Assembly: GCA_964012805.1 (NCBI GenBank) | Contig: CAXGUD010000012.1 | Span: 1-64,000 of the forward strand | Source of the DNA: an uncultured Bacteriovoracaceae bacterium | Lineage (GTDB): Bacteria; Bdellovibrionota; Bacteriovoracia; Bacteriovoracales; Bacteriovoracaceae | DNA length: 64,000 bases | Reading direction: 5' to 3' | Shown: piece by piece, positions 37,239-47,400 of the stretch | Layout: each line of letters opens with the position of its first letter | Position numbering within the stretch: the stretch's first letter is position 1 | Program-made: the position numbers and the translations under genes | The notes under the pieces: model-generated | The model's input: the letters and a program-made list of their open reading frames with translations, nothing else | Database searches by the model: none | What the model was told of the DNA's origin: nothing

Positions 37239-39734
37239 CTAAAGAGAAAATTTTAAGACTTCTTTATAGGGAAGGATTAAATTTTGGTTCATTATTGTTT
37301 CATTTAGTTTACTTTGATCAGGGATTTGTTTGAATAAATTTGCGATACTTGTAAAAGTGGATGATTCCATATCTTTATGGATCGATTTTAATAACAACGA
37401 AATATAACTGGTCCTAAGAGTGATTAAATTTATGGTATGGTCAAAGTCTGGGTATGTTTTTGCTAAAAGTGCCATCCTTGCAAGCTTTGTCTTATCAATA
37501 AGATTTAAGTCCTGGATTAGGAATGTTTTTTGAAACAAATTAGATAATAAAATCTTCAAATCTTTAATTTTTTCCTCGATCTTACTATCAAAGGAAAAAT
37601 CTAATTCAATTGGGGAGAAGAGATTCATAACATTTCGGTAAAGTAAAATATAATCAAAGATGTCTATTAATTTGTTTGTTATTTCAACCCTGTGATTAAT
37701 TCCCTTTGTGTTTTCTCTTTTTCCATAATCCTTTTCACCTTTTATTGATGTATAGTCAAACTCTGCTGCTTTTGTGTGTATTTTTGTGTTCAGTGATTTC
37801 ATACTTTTAGTCTTGATATTGACTTTATCTATAAACCCTTTGTATCTTTCCATATGTTGAGGTACTCCATCTGCCTCACATAGTGGAGATAAAAAGAATT
37901 CAAGTTCTTCAATACTAGCTTGGATACTATTTTTTAAATCCAATATAACCGATTCTTTGTCTTTTATCGTTAAGATCTCTTTCATGAAAGTATAGCTTTG
38001 CTGGTCTTTTTTTGCTTCCTGATAATATTTCTCAAAGTCTGATATGTCTTCAACAATAAACATTAATTTTTCAACATTTTTTTGCTTGTTAAATATAGGT
38101 GAGTAAGAAATTTTTAATGTCCTTCCTTCAGGTCTTTCACTATCGGCAAATATTATAGATTGCGGAAAGTTAACTTCAACAAAAGAATAGTTAAGTTCAT
38201 CATCTCCAAAAACACTTTTAAAACTCAATAAAACTTCATCAAATTTTCTTGAGCCTTTTTGGTAGCTTATAAATAAAAATTCAAATACACTTTTACCCTT
38301 AATGTCTTTTTTAAATAATTTTTCTGAGTACGATGAAAAAGGAGGCGTAACCTTCAAATCTTTTCCCACATAAAAAATAGAACTTTCTAAATTATTTAGA
38401 AGACCTGATATTTCTTTTGTTCTTTTCTCGATTTTATCTTCTAGCTCATTATTTAATGTCTCTGCTCTTTGGTAGGCATAGGAAAATTTCTTCGAAATGA
38501 TATAACTTTGGATAAAGACAAATATACTGCTTGTGAAAAGGCTTATTCCAGGTGGTGGAACCATTTGTCTTGCTACTAAAATATCATAAATAGCTCCAAA
38601 AATAAGAATAATATTTCCACTTAAACAAATTCTTGAATAAGGAATATTTTTTATTGAGGCCCTTGTCATTTGGAACAGAAGATAAAATGATATTAAGATT
38701 ATAATGTACTGGTAAGCTTCAGTTAAACGTGTAAAAAAGGAAACTGGTGTCAAAATTGTGATTGCCGAAAGTAAAAGACCAAGCCTCCAATACCACTTTA
38801 ATAAAATATTACTAAAATAATTTTCAAAAATACATTTTAAAAATGTCAAAAAAGTTTGTCCGATAAGGAAAAAAGTAAGATATTCAAGTTTTTTTCCAAG
38901 GGCATAGGCAAAGATCCCTGGATTTTCAAAAAAAACATCAAAATATGAATTAATTGAAAGATAACGAATTGTCATTGTTAAACAAAATAAAGCAAACCAT
39001 AAACTCTCTTTGTCTTCTTTTCTTTGATAGAATATTCCTAAATGGTTTATCGCCATAATTAGAAAAACACCTAAGATGAAAAAAGATCCATGGTTATTGG
39101 TATCAAATTGTTTCTTTAGTTCGTTTTTAAGGCCTATTTTTATTGTTTTTAAAGGGCCACCATCTCGATGATAGAAGTTTGATACGTGGATTAAAATTTT
39201 GAAACTTTTTTCTTTTAAAATAAAATCATTAAAAAACTGCCCACTTTGTGGAGTGGAGTTATTAATTTTATTCCCAACTTTTCCAAGACCTCCTAAGTCT
39301 TCGTAACCATTTTTATAAACAATCATTATTTTATAGCTTGATGAAATCTCAGTTGCCATTAAGCTTAATTTTGTATCTTTGGGGATCCCCTTGACTTCCA
39401 GGACATAACTTGAATATCCATAATCTTTAAAGTTTTTTAAATCTTTATCTTTTCCGGCACTCCACGCACCTGGAATCTTAATGAGATGGCTATCTCTTAA
39501 CCTCTTTTCAATTTTTTCATTTTTGGGGGGGAGAAGTTCGTTCCAAAAAAATAACCAATCTCCCTCTAAAGAAATTGATTGTTCTTTTTTCAAATCTTCA
39601 ATACTTAAATCAATTTTACCCTTTTCCACCTTTCCTATGGTTAAAGTCTGATCTTTTGCATACCCAAAGGGAATTCCACTTGAAACCATTAGAAGTATAG
39701 AGGTTAGGAAATGTAATTTTAATCTTTTAAACAT
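37239..39734 (-). CDS. 7TM-DISM receptor, PAS-like core and kinase-less helical C-terminal domain
   Basis: LEGDWLFFWNELL, IPGAW and HVSNFYHRDGG extracellular motifs; 7 TM; LLNN..PPFS..VEDIS core; no HATPase boxes. Confidence 0.85.
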   Translation of the reverse strand: MFKRLKLHFLTSILLMVSSGIPFGYAKDQTLTIGKVEKGKIDLSIEDLKKEQSISLEGDWLFFWNELLPPKNEKIEKRLRDSHLIKIPGAWSAGKDKDLKNFKDYGYSSYVLEVKGIPKDTKLSLMATEISSSYKIMIVYKNGYEDLGGLGKVGNKINNSTPQSGQFFNDFILKEKSFKILIHVSNFYHRDGGPLKTIKIGLKNELKKQFDTNNHGSFFILGVFLIMAINHLGIFYQRKEDKESLWFALFCLTMTIRYLSINSYFDVFFENPGIFAYALGKKLEYLTFFLIGQTFLTFLKCIFENYFSNILLKWYWRLGLLLSAITILTPVSFFTRLTEAYQYIIILISFYLLFQMTRASIKNIPYSRICLSGNIILIFGAIYDILVARQMVPPPGISLFTSSIFVFIQSYIISKKFSYAYQRAETLNNELEDKIEKRTKEISGLLNNLESSIFYVGKDLKVTPPFSSYSEKLFKKDIKGKSVFEFLFISYQKGSRKFDEVLLSFKSVFGDDELNYSFVEVNFPQSIIFADSERPEGRTLKISYSPIFNKQKNVEKLMFIVEDISDFEKYYQEAKKDQQSYTFMKEILTIKDKESVILDLKNSIQASIEELEFFLSPLCEADGVPQHMERYKGFIDKVNIKTKSMKSLNTKIHTKAAEFDYTSIKGEKDYGKRENTKGINHRVEITNKLIDIFDYILLYRNVMNLFSPIELDFSFDSKIEEKIKDLKILLSNLFQKTFLIQDLNLIDKTKLARMALLAKTYPDFDHTINLITLRTSYISLLLKSIHKDMESSTFTSIANLFKQIPDQSKLNETIMNQNLILPYKEVLKFSL

Positions 39735-39740
39735 GAATAT

Positions 39741-39767
39741 TTAACGGTTTTTTAAGCACTTGATTTA
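39741..39767 (-). promoter_or_regulatory. sigma28 (FliA)-like promoter
   Basis: TAAA-N15-ACCGTTAA ending 6 nt before ATG 39734. Confidence 0.5.
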
Positions 39768-39975
39768 GATTAATGAAAGAAATTTTTTAATTAATTTTTT
39801 TAAAACTTCTTTCAAATTTATTTGGTAAAAAAGAGAGGAATAAGATCATTCAAATGGCAAAACTCAATTCCTCAAGTACTTTTCGGGCAATAAAAATGAT
39901 ATATTTTATTGGGTATTTATCAACTTTTGGTGCAGAAAAGACTAAAGGCATCAGTGAAGTGGAGCGAGTTTACAA

Positions 39976-40200
39976 CTATTCTTTTCTTTTTCCCCGCTTT
40001 TTGATGATAAGACCATTTAAGAAGTTTCTCAAGAGTTGATCACCACATTCTTTATAGTTTGGATGGTCCTCTTTTCTGAAGATGGCCGATAACTCAGATT
40101 TTGTCATATGAAAATCTACCAATTTTAAGACTTCTAATATATCGGTGTCTCTATAGGACAAGGCTATCCTAAGTTTTTTTAAAATGTCGTTGTTTGTCAT
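39976..40200 (-). CDS. DUF1456 (YehS-like) family protein
   Basis: MTNNDILKKLRIAL...CGDQLLRNFLNGLI. Confidence 0.88.
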   Translation of the reverse strand: MTNNDILKKLRIALSYRDTDILEVLKLVDFHMTKSELSAIFRKEDHPNYKECGDQLLRNFLNGLIIKKRGKRKE

Positions 40201-40516
40201 ACAGGCCCCTAAAAACCATGTTTCATGAGATATTTTGCACTTTTAGGTTAAAAAGACCTTTAGTTCAAGCTAAAATGTAAGATTTGTAGTTTTCTCCTAT
40301 TTTTGAACTCAATTCCCTGGCTTATTTAAAAGCCCTTTGAGTTTTTATTACTTTAGATAAATTTTTTGGAAAAAGAATGCCTATTTTATTGAGTTGGCTC
40401 CTTTTTTAAACTGTTAAGGCTTTTTTCCAGGAGTCCTTCTAGGGAATAATTCAAAGTTTGTCATTAGGTATAAAAATTTTATAATTGTGAAAAAAGTTAA
40501 TTTTTAGGATGCAAAA

Positions 40517-41473
40517 ATGAGTATTGAAAAAAGGATTGACCCCAAATCAAATAGGGCCTTAAAAGCTTTTAAAAAAAATTTACCAAAAGGACTTAATGGT
40601 ATTAAAGACATTAATGAAAGAAGAAGACTTCTTTATGAAAATGTACAAAAGATGAAGGCCATCTTTCCTCCAAGCACCAATATTCTTTGTGAAAATCATT
40701 TTACTAGAAGAAAGAATGGTGGTGAAGATTTAAAGTTGCGTAGTTACAGGCCAAAAGATAAAAAAGGAACCCTTCCTTGCCTCTATTATATACATGGAGG
40801 GGGGATGATTATGGGGACTGCTGAAAATGATGATGCCAATGCTTCTCGCTTGAGTGAAGAACTTGGGGTGGTTGTGGTTTCTGTTGATTACCGTTTGGCG
40901 CCCGAAGATCCTCACCCTGCCCAAATAAATGATTGCTATAACGGTCTTTTATGGGTTGAGTCTCAAAAAGAGAGTTTAAAAATAGACACTTCAAAAATTG
41001 CTCTTTATGGACAAAGTGCCGGAGGGGGGTTGGTCATTGCTACATCTATGATGGTACGAGATAGGGGGGGACCTGAAATAATTTTTCAAATGCCTATCTA
41101 CCCAATGCTTGATGACCGGCATGAAACGCCTTCCAGTTATGAAATAGTAGATATAGGTATTTGGGATAGGGAAGCTAGTATTGAAGCTTGGAATTGGTAT
41201 CTGGGAGGAAAGGATGCTGACCCTTATGCGGCACCTTCAAGGGCAACTGCTCTGAAAGGACTTCCACCTACATTTATTGATGTCGGCGAATTAGACTTAT
41301 TTAGGGATGAAAATATTATCTTTGTCCAAAGGCTTCTTCAAGCTGGGGTTGCGACAGAGTTCCACCTTTATCCTGGTGCCTATCATGCTTCTGAAAACTT
41401 TGCGCCTGATGCTGATCTTAGTAAAACGATTTGGAGTAAAAGGATCGAAGCTTTAAAAAAAGCATTTGGGTGA
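40517..41473 (+). CDS. Alpha/beta hydrolase, HSL (family IV) esterase
   Basis: HGGG, VDYRLAPE, GQSAGG, DLFRDE, GAYH. Confidence 0.93.
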   Translation: MSIEKRIDPKSNRALKAFKKNLPKGLNGIKDINERRRLLYENVQKMKAIFPPSTNILCENHFTRRKNGGEDLKLRSYRPKDKKGTLPCLYYIHGGGMIMGTAENDDANASRLSEELGVVVVSVDYRLAPEDPHPAQINDCYNGLLWVESQKESLKIDTSKIALYGQSAGGGLVIATSMMVRDRGGPEIIFQMPIYPMLDDRHETPSSYEIVDIGIWDREASIEAWNWYLGGKDADPYAAPSRATALKGLPPTFIDVGELDLFRDENIIFVQRLLQAGVATEFHLYPGAYHASENFAPDADLSKTIWSKRIEALKKAFG

Positions 41474-41518
41474 GTTTTTAAATACCTTTTGAATTAAAAA
41501 TGAACCCTGTTGCATTTT

Positions 41519-41941
41519 TTAAGACTTTGATTTTAAGTAATCAAAAAGTTCATTGAGACCTTTTTTGACTTTCTTCTTTTTTTGTTTAATTTCCTTGTCT
41601 TTTTGGTCGAAGCCATCTTGAGAAGATTGGGAAAAGGTCTTTTCATCTCTTAGCGGCTTTTTAGGGGAATCGGAGGTAAGCGCGAGGGATACTTTTAAGG
41701 TCCTACCATCAACTAAGGCTCCATTAAGTCCCTTTATAGCACCCTGGGCTTGTTCTGGTTTTCTCATTTTAATAAAAGCGATACCCTTACTTCTATCTTG
41801 CCCTGATTCCATAACGAGTTTAACGCTTTGGACTTTTCCGTATTTAGAAAAGAGTTTCTTAAGACCTTCTTGATCTCTTTTATAGTTAAGGTTCCCGACA
41901 TATACTGTTGAATCAAGAGTGTATTGTTTTTTTTGTTCCAT
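41519..41941 (-). CDS. RRM RNA-binding protein
   Basis: RNP2 VYVGNL, RNP1 KGIAFIKM, Lys-rich tail. Confidence 0.92.
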   Translation of the reverse strand: MEQKKQYTLDSTVYVGNLNYKRDQEGLKKLFSKYGKVQSVKLVMESGQDRSKGIAFIKMRKPEQAQGAIKGLNGALVDGRTLKVSLALTSDSPKKPLRDEKTFSQSSQDGFDQKDKEIKQKKKKVKKGLNELFDYLKSKS

Positions 41942-42171
41942 AATTAACTTCTTTTTTGAAAGGCTCTTTCGGCTTATTTTTAGTTGAGTAAAAGTACGTT
42001 AAATCTAAACCTTGAGCACACTATCACCCCTTTTCACAAACTTCTATGACAATTAACTAAGAGAGTATAATTTAAAGGGTAAATGGAGTTTATTTGATTT
42101 TTTAGTGTCCAAAATCCTTAAATTAATGATTATTAAGGAAAAATTGTAATAATTTCAGATATTTAAGCCTG

Positions 42172-42891
42172 TTAATCTCTTCTCCTGCCAAAGAGTTTTA
42201 AAAGATACAAAAATAAATTGATGAAATCCAAGTAGAGGGTTAGAGCACCAAAAATAGTCTCTTTGTGGTCCTCTTCTGAACCTTCATTACCAATAATATT
42301 TGATTCTTTTATTTTTTGTGTATCATAGGCAGTGAGTCCGGAAAAAATTCCAACTCCAATGATCGATACGACTATATCCATTGTTCCTCCTATGAGAGAA
42401 GGAAAAAACCAACTAAGAACATAAAACCCGATAATTCCCCATAGACCCATATGGCAAAAGGTTCCGACAGGGCCGAGGTCTTTCTTAGTGACATAGCCAA
42501 ATAGAGATAAACCGGCAAAACAAAAGGAGGTAATGAAGAAGACTTCTTGGACAGACTCTTGTGTATAAATTAAAAAGACCACAGAAAGAGTGAGCCCAGT
42601 AAAAAAGGCATAGAGTAAATAAACAAGTGTTGCCATGAATGCATTTATTCGTTCTATCATAGCGCTAAGAAAAATGACTGCTCCAACCTGCGCCAGAATA
42701 AGGCCTATAGATACAAATGGATTAGTTGCAATGACCATGACAATTTGCTGTTTGAGAGAAACGTAATAACTTGTAGCACCTGTAAGTAAAATGCCAAAAG
42801 TCATCCATTTATAAACACCGGCCATAAAGCGCGCATTTTCTTCTTTTATTGCCGTTTCACTTTTAGTTATGTATTGACTTTGAGAATTCAA
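42172..42891 (-). CDS. Bax inhibitor-1/YccA family membrane protein
   Basis: GYVTKKDL, AYDTQKIK, ALTLYLDFINLF; TAAT-N15-GTCGATAT sigma28-like site at 42950-42976. Confidence 0.93.
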   Translation of the reverse strand: MNSQSQYITKSETAIKEENARFMAGVYKWMTFGILLTGATSYYVSLKQQIVMVIATNPFVSIGLILAQVGAVIFLSAMIERINAFMATLVYLLYAFFTGLTLSVVFLIYTQESVQEVFFITSFCFAGLSLFGYVTKKDLGPVGTFCHMGLWGIIGFYVLSWFFPSLIGGTMDIVVSIIGVGIFSGLTAYDTQKIKESNIIGNEGSEEDHKETIFGALTLYLDFINLFLYLLKLFGRRRD

Positions 42892-43207
42892 ATTAATTCC
42901 TTATTAAAAAATGCAAGACTTCTAAATACATATTTCATTCGTTATAAAAATATCGACTAATCAGATTGTTTAATTAGATTATATTATTAGAGATATTTGC
43001 TTTAATTTTTTTTGTCTATTATAAAGATAATAATAAGTATTAAAACTAAGATTTTTAGTTAGATATTAATGAAAAAAAATTAATAACTTCCAACAACATT
43101 CTAAAAGTATAGCGGATAATTTTTCCCTTTTTGTTCCTTTTATTATTATTAATCTACTTATTTTTTTATTTTACGAAATACTACCAACACCAATTTAAAG
43201 AAAAAAT

Positions 43208-45919
43208 ATGAAACGTTTTCTTCAAATATTTTTTATCTTTTTTCCTGCAATTATTTTTGCAGAAGCTCCTCCCGTTGTAATGGAGAAGGGGAAAAATTTC
43301 TATCAGCTAGGCCTTCATTTAGATCTATATGAAGATAAGACTGGAAAGTTAACAATTAAAGATATTATTAAGCCTGAATTATTATCCAAGTTTGAGACTA
43401 GTAAGCAAAAGGTTCCTAACTTTGGTTTTACCAAATCTCATTTTTGGGCTAGGTTAAAAATTACAAATCCACAAAAAGTAAAAGGTGATTGGTATTTAAG
43501 TTTTAACTATGTTTTGCAAGATCGAGTTTCATTTTACAAAAAAGAAAATAATGATTGGATTGCCGAAAATATGGGGGATGAATTAAAGTTTTCAAGCAGA
43601 AAAGTAAAGGTGAGGCCTTTTGTCTTACAGGTGAATACAGAAAAGGATCAAGTCTATTTTGTAAAAATCAATGGAGGGCTAAACCAAATAAACCTGACAC
43701 TTGTTTCACAAAAACAAATGTTAATGAAAGAGGGCGAGGACAATCAGGTTTATGGAATATTTTTTGGAATCATCGTCTCAATGGTTCTTTATAACCTTTT
43801 TATTCTCTTTTCGACAAAAAGCTACAGTTACTTATTTTATGTCGTTTATGTTTTCTGCTATGGTTTATTTTTAGCGGGTTATCAGGGGTTCACTCAAAAA
43901 TACCTGTTTTATAACTATCCTTGGTTTAGCAATAATGGACTAAGTTTTATAATGGGCTTTTCTGAGTTGTTTCTTACCCTTTTCACGATGGCCTATTTAA
44001 ATATTCCTGAAAAGAATAAAAGATTAAATTGGCTTTTCAGAATGAGTGCTCTAGGAGGAATCGTTGTTATTCTGTCTAGTCTTATTAACCCTTATGCGGT
44101 CAATGTAAAATTGTTCTTTTTAAATGCAGCGGTTATTTCTTTCCTTGCTTACGGAACTGCCATATATAAGTGGGTTAAAGGTTATAGACCTGCAAGGTAT
44201 TTTACCTTGGCTTTTTCTTTTATGATTATAGGTAGCATGATCACGAACCTGGCCGTTGCCAATGTTCTTCCAAATCTTGCGCTTTTCAGGCAATCAGTTA
44301 TTATTGGAACGGCATTGCAACTTATCTTTCTCTCCATGGGATTAGCCGACCGTTTTAACCTTATTCAGGAAGAGGCCAAGAAGCTTCAAGAAAATTATGC
44401 GAAAGAATTGGAAAAAGAAGTTACAGAAAAAACCAAGCAAGTTGTTATGGAAAAAGAAAGAGCAGAGGCTTCAGAAAGAGAAGTTTCAGGTCTTCTTCAT
44501 AACATGAGGCAGTCTGTTTTTAGTGTTAATAAAGATTGTGAAATCATTCCACCAGTCTCCGAATACAGTTTAGAGTTATTTGGAAAACAAATCGTAAAAG
44601 AAAGTATCCATGACACTCTTTTTAAGGACCTAGATAAGGATGGTGAAGTTTTTTTTAAAGCTCGCTTTGCTTTGGCCGTTTCAATTGATGAAGACTTGTA
44701 TCAATATGACGCTCTTGCAGAGGACCTACCTAGTAAGATTTATATGAAAGATAAGAAAGGTGAAAATAGATCTCTTAAGATTAATTACTCACCAATTGTG
44801 GATAAAGAGGACATTGTTCAAAAAATTATGATGGTTGTTGAAGATGTTACTGAGTTAGAAAATTTAGAGAGAGAAGCTAAAGAAACCAGGGAACAATCGG
44901 CCAAAAAGATTACGAGGCTTCAAGAAATTGTTTCTAATGGAAAAAAGGAAATCCAGCTCTTTACGAGAGGAGCCCTTCTCAACCTTGATAATGCAAAAGA
45001 GTCAATAGAAACAACTGATTTAGATAAGTTGTTCAGGGCCGCCCATACGATAAAAGGTAATGCAAGAATTCATAATCTGGCAGGGCTATCTTCCGAAGTT
45101 CACGTTTTAGAAAATGAAATAGATAATATGAGAGGTTTAGAGGAAGGTACAAAAATTGAAAAAAGCAAATTGAATTCAATATATAAAAGTCTAAAAGCAT
45201 CCGTTGATGATTACCTTGAGTTATCTAAAGAAATTTTTGGTCAAGATGTTGATGAATCAGTAGTAACAACAGATCTTGATGACATGATTATTTCGAAGTC
45301 TCTTTTTACATCGAGCCTTGAAGAATTAAAAGAAATTAATAAAGAAATTGATAACAAAAAGATCCTTGATATATTAGTCAAACTAGAGCGGGAAGAGTTT
45401 AAAAAGTACCTCACTATTCTTCAAAAAAACGTTAATAATATTTCAATAAATTTAATTAAAGATATTGAATTGGAGATTAGTGGTGATGATGTATATTTGG
45501 ACCTTAATACAGCTTCAATGATAAAAGATGCTATCTTGCATATTATTCAAAATTCAGCTGAGCATGGAATAGAAAAAGAAGGTCTTATTAAAATTGACCT
45601 ATCAGACTCCGATGGAAAAATTGGAATTACTGTTTCGGATAATGGTTCAGGAATAGATCCTGAAGTGATTTATAAAAAATCACTTGAAAAAGGCCTTATA
45701 AAACAAGAAGACTCCGGGAACTTGAACCTTGATGAGAAGCTGTATCTTATTTTCCTTCCAGGCTTTTCGACTAAAGAAGTAGCTACAGAATTTTCTGGAA
45801 GGGGAGTAGGTTTAGATGTCGTTAAAAATAATATCGAAAAATTAGAAGGTTCGGTAAAAATAGAGTCATCTTTAGGTAAAGGGACAACGTTTCACTTGTC
45901 CGTTCCTTTGAAATCTTGA
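43208..45919 (+). CDS. 7TM-DISM receptor, PAS-like core, Hpt and CheA-type HATPase (no CheW)
   Basis: YEDKTG.L, PNFGF..S.FW DISMED2-like motifs; 7 TM; HTIKG (45044); HIIQNSAEHG, DNGSG, SGRGVGL. Confidence 0.9.
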   Translation: MKRFLQIFFIFFPAIIFAEAPPVVMEKGKNFYQLGLHLDLYEDKTGKLTIKDIIKPELLSKFETSKQKVPNFGFTKSHFWARLKITNPQKVKGDWYLSFNYVLQDRVSFYKKENNDWIAENMGDELKFSSRKVKVRPFVLQVNTEKDQVYFVKINGGLNQINLTLVSQKQMLMKEGEDNQVYGIFFGIIVSMVLYNLFILFSTKSYSYLFYVVYVFCYGLFLAGYQGFTQKYLFYNYPWFSNNGLSFIMGFSELFLTLFTMAYLNIPEKNKRLNWLFRMSALGGIVVILSSLINPYAVNVKLFFLNAAVISFLAYGTAIYKWVKGYRPARYFTLAFSFMIIGSMITNLAVANVLPNLALFRQSVIIGTALQLIFLSMGLADRFNLIQEEAKKLQENYAKELEKEVTEKTKQVVMEKERAEASEREVSGLLHNMRQSVFSVNKDCEIIPPVSEYSLELFGKQIVKESIHDTLFKDLDKDGEVFFKARFALAVSIDEDLYQYDALAEDLPSKIYMKDKKGENRSLKINYSPIVDKEDIVQKIMMVVEDVTELENLEREAKETREQSAKKITRLQEIVSNGKKEIQLFTRGALLNLDNAKESIETTDLDKLFRAAHTIKGNARIHNLAGLSSEVHVLENEIDNMRGLEEGTKIEKSKLNSIYKSLKASVDDYLELSKEIFGQDVDESVVTTDLDDMIISKSLFTSSLEELKEINKEIDNKKILDILVKLEREEFKKYLTILQKNVNNISINLIKDIELEISGDDVYLDLNTASMIKDAILHIIQNSAEHGIEKEGLIKIDLSDSDGKIGITVSDNGSGIDPEVIYKKSLEKGLIKQEDSGNLNLDEKLYLIFLPGFSTKEVATEFSGRGVGLDVVKNNIEKLEGSVKIESSLGKGTTFHLSVPLKS

Positions 45920-45947
45920 GTAAATCTAGAAGACTCAAATGATTAAT

Positions 45948-46334
45948 TCAGTAAGTGCCTTTCAATTTTTCTAAAATTCTTTTGATTGTGGAGACTAGAA
46001 TTGCTGGTTTTACTGGTTTTGTAATCCAGGCCTTCACGACGCCTGTCTTTTTGGCCTCAACAGCCAATTTTGGATGAGATTCTGTTGTAACTAGAATAGT
46101 TGGAATTCTGCAAATTTTATCGTTTTTACTTTGTTCTTTGGCAAACTCAATACCATTCATGGCCGGCATGTTGATATCGAGTAAGATCATGTCGATTTCA
46201 GTCTGTTCTTTTAAAACCTCCAAAGCATCTAGCCCGTCCTCTGATTCCAGAACTTCAAAGCCGGCTCCCTCGAGTATTGCTCGAAGGCTTACTCTTACAG
46301 ATTCGGAATCATCTACTATTAGGACTCTTTGCAT
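45948..46334 (-). CDS. Single-domain response regulator (CheY-like)
   Basis: VLIVDDS, LLDINMP.MNG, VTTE, WITKP; AGGAGG RBS. Confidence 0.93.
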   Translation of the reverse strand: MQRVLIVDDSESVRVSLRAILEGAGFEVLESEDGLDALEVLKEQTEIDMILLDINMPAMNGIEFAKEQSKNDKICRIPTILVTTESHPKLAVEAKKTGVVKAWITKPVKPAILVSTIKRILEKLKGTY

Positions 46335-46524
46335 GGATCCTCCTAAAATGATCATAACACTAGAAAGATATAAAACAAGACAGGACGCTTTTGGTGATTA
46401 TTTTGCTCTCAATTTAAAGGTTGTCTTTATTACTTGGTCTTTATTGACTGTCTTCCAAACTGTAATTTATAAAAACGCTTTTAATCTTAATCATCAACAT
46501 AGCACGGGTGAGGCTATTTATTTT

Positions 46525-47169
46525 TTAGAGAGTATTATTTTCTTTGAGAAGGGCAAGTGAGTGGTTTGGACCTACACTTGTATTGTAGGCCATATGAATC
46601 CAAAAGAGGGCCAAATTCTCTAGGTGTTTTGCCTCAGCTAAATCACCAATATCAACACCTTGAAAACCTAATTTAGAAATTAATGAGAGGGTTCTTTGCT
46701 TGGCCATTAGGTTATCACCTGCTACTAACATGAGAGTTGTTCCATCTTCGTAGCGTGGATTTTTAATATTTCCTGCCCCTGTATGATTAAAGGCCTTAAT
46801 AACGAAGGCGTCTGGAAGAAGAGAAGATACTTTTTCTCCTCCTGAAAGTCCGTCTTGATGATGGAGACCTTTGAGGTTACTGGTGAGTGGGTTTGTACAA
46901 TCACAGATGATCTGCCCCTTTTTGTATTTCAGTTCCCTCAATGCCTCTGGGACGGTTGGCCACGGGACCGCTAAAAAAATAAAGTCGTGGTCAGGGCCAA
47001 TGTCTTTAACTTTTTGAAATGAGACGAACTCGCGATAAAGCTCTTTTAAGTCGTCGTATTTTGTGTCATTAGGACTTTTTACTCCAAAGGAAACGGGAAT
47101 TTTCTGTTTAAAAAACTTTTGGGCAAGGGCCCTACCGACGTTTCCAGCACCTAAAATAGCAACTCTCAT
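46525..47169 (-). CDS. NADPH-dependent F420 reductase family oxidoreductase
   Basis: ILGAGNVG, LAVPW, DCTNP, KAFN, VAGD. Confidence 0.88.
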   Translation of the reverse strand: MRVAILGAGNVGRALAQKFFKQKIPVSFGVKSPNDTKYDDLKELYREFVSFQKVKDIGPDHDFIFLAVPWPTVPEALRELKYKKGQIICDCTNPLTSNLKGLHHQDGLSGGEKVSSLLPDAFVIKAFNHTGAGNIKNPRYEDGTTLMLVAGDNLMAKQRTLSLISKLGFQGVDIGDLAEAKHLENLALFWIHMAYNTSVGPNHSLALLKENNTL

Positions 47170-47400
47170 ACCTTCCTCAGGTTTGTTTTTAAATAGAATG
47201 AACAACCGTAAAGTAAAAATAATGTGCCGTCAATAAAGGGAGAGAAAGAGTTTTCAGCTACGAGAGCACAACCAAATGCTCTAGATATTACAGAAGGGTA
47301 ATGATTTCCTTATTATGGCATTCTCATTGATTTGGTATTGTGCGTAATGTAGAAAAGGTTAATTAAGGGGAAAGTGCTTGATATATTCCGTGGAGATTAA

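Noticed and set aside
21900..39800. Very AT-rich block as a horizontally acquired island
   Set aside because: No integrase, tRNA or flanking repeats; contains plsC and paralogs of genes outside the block; composition not computed
47316..47331. sigma54-like TGGCAT-N5-TTGAT upstream of the MFS gene
   Set aside because: The -12 GC dinucleotide is missing
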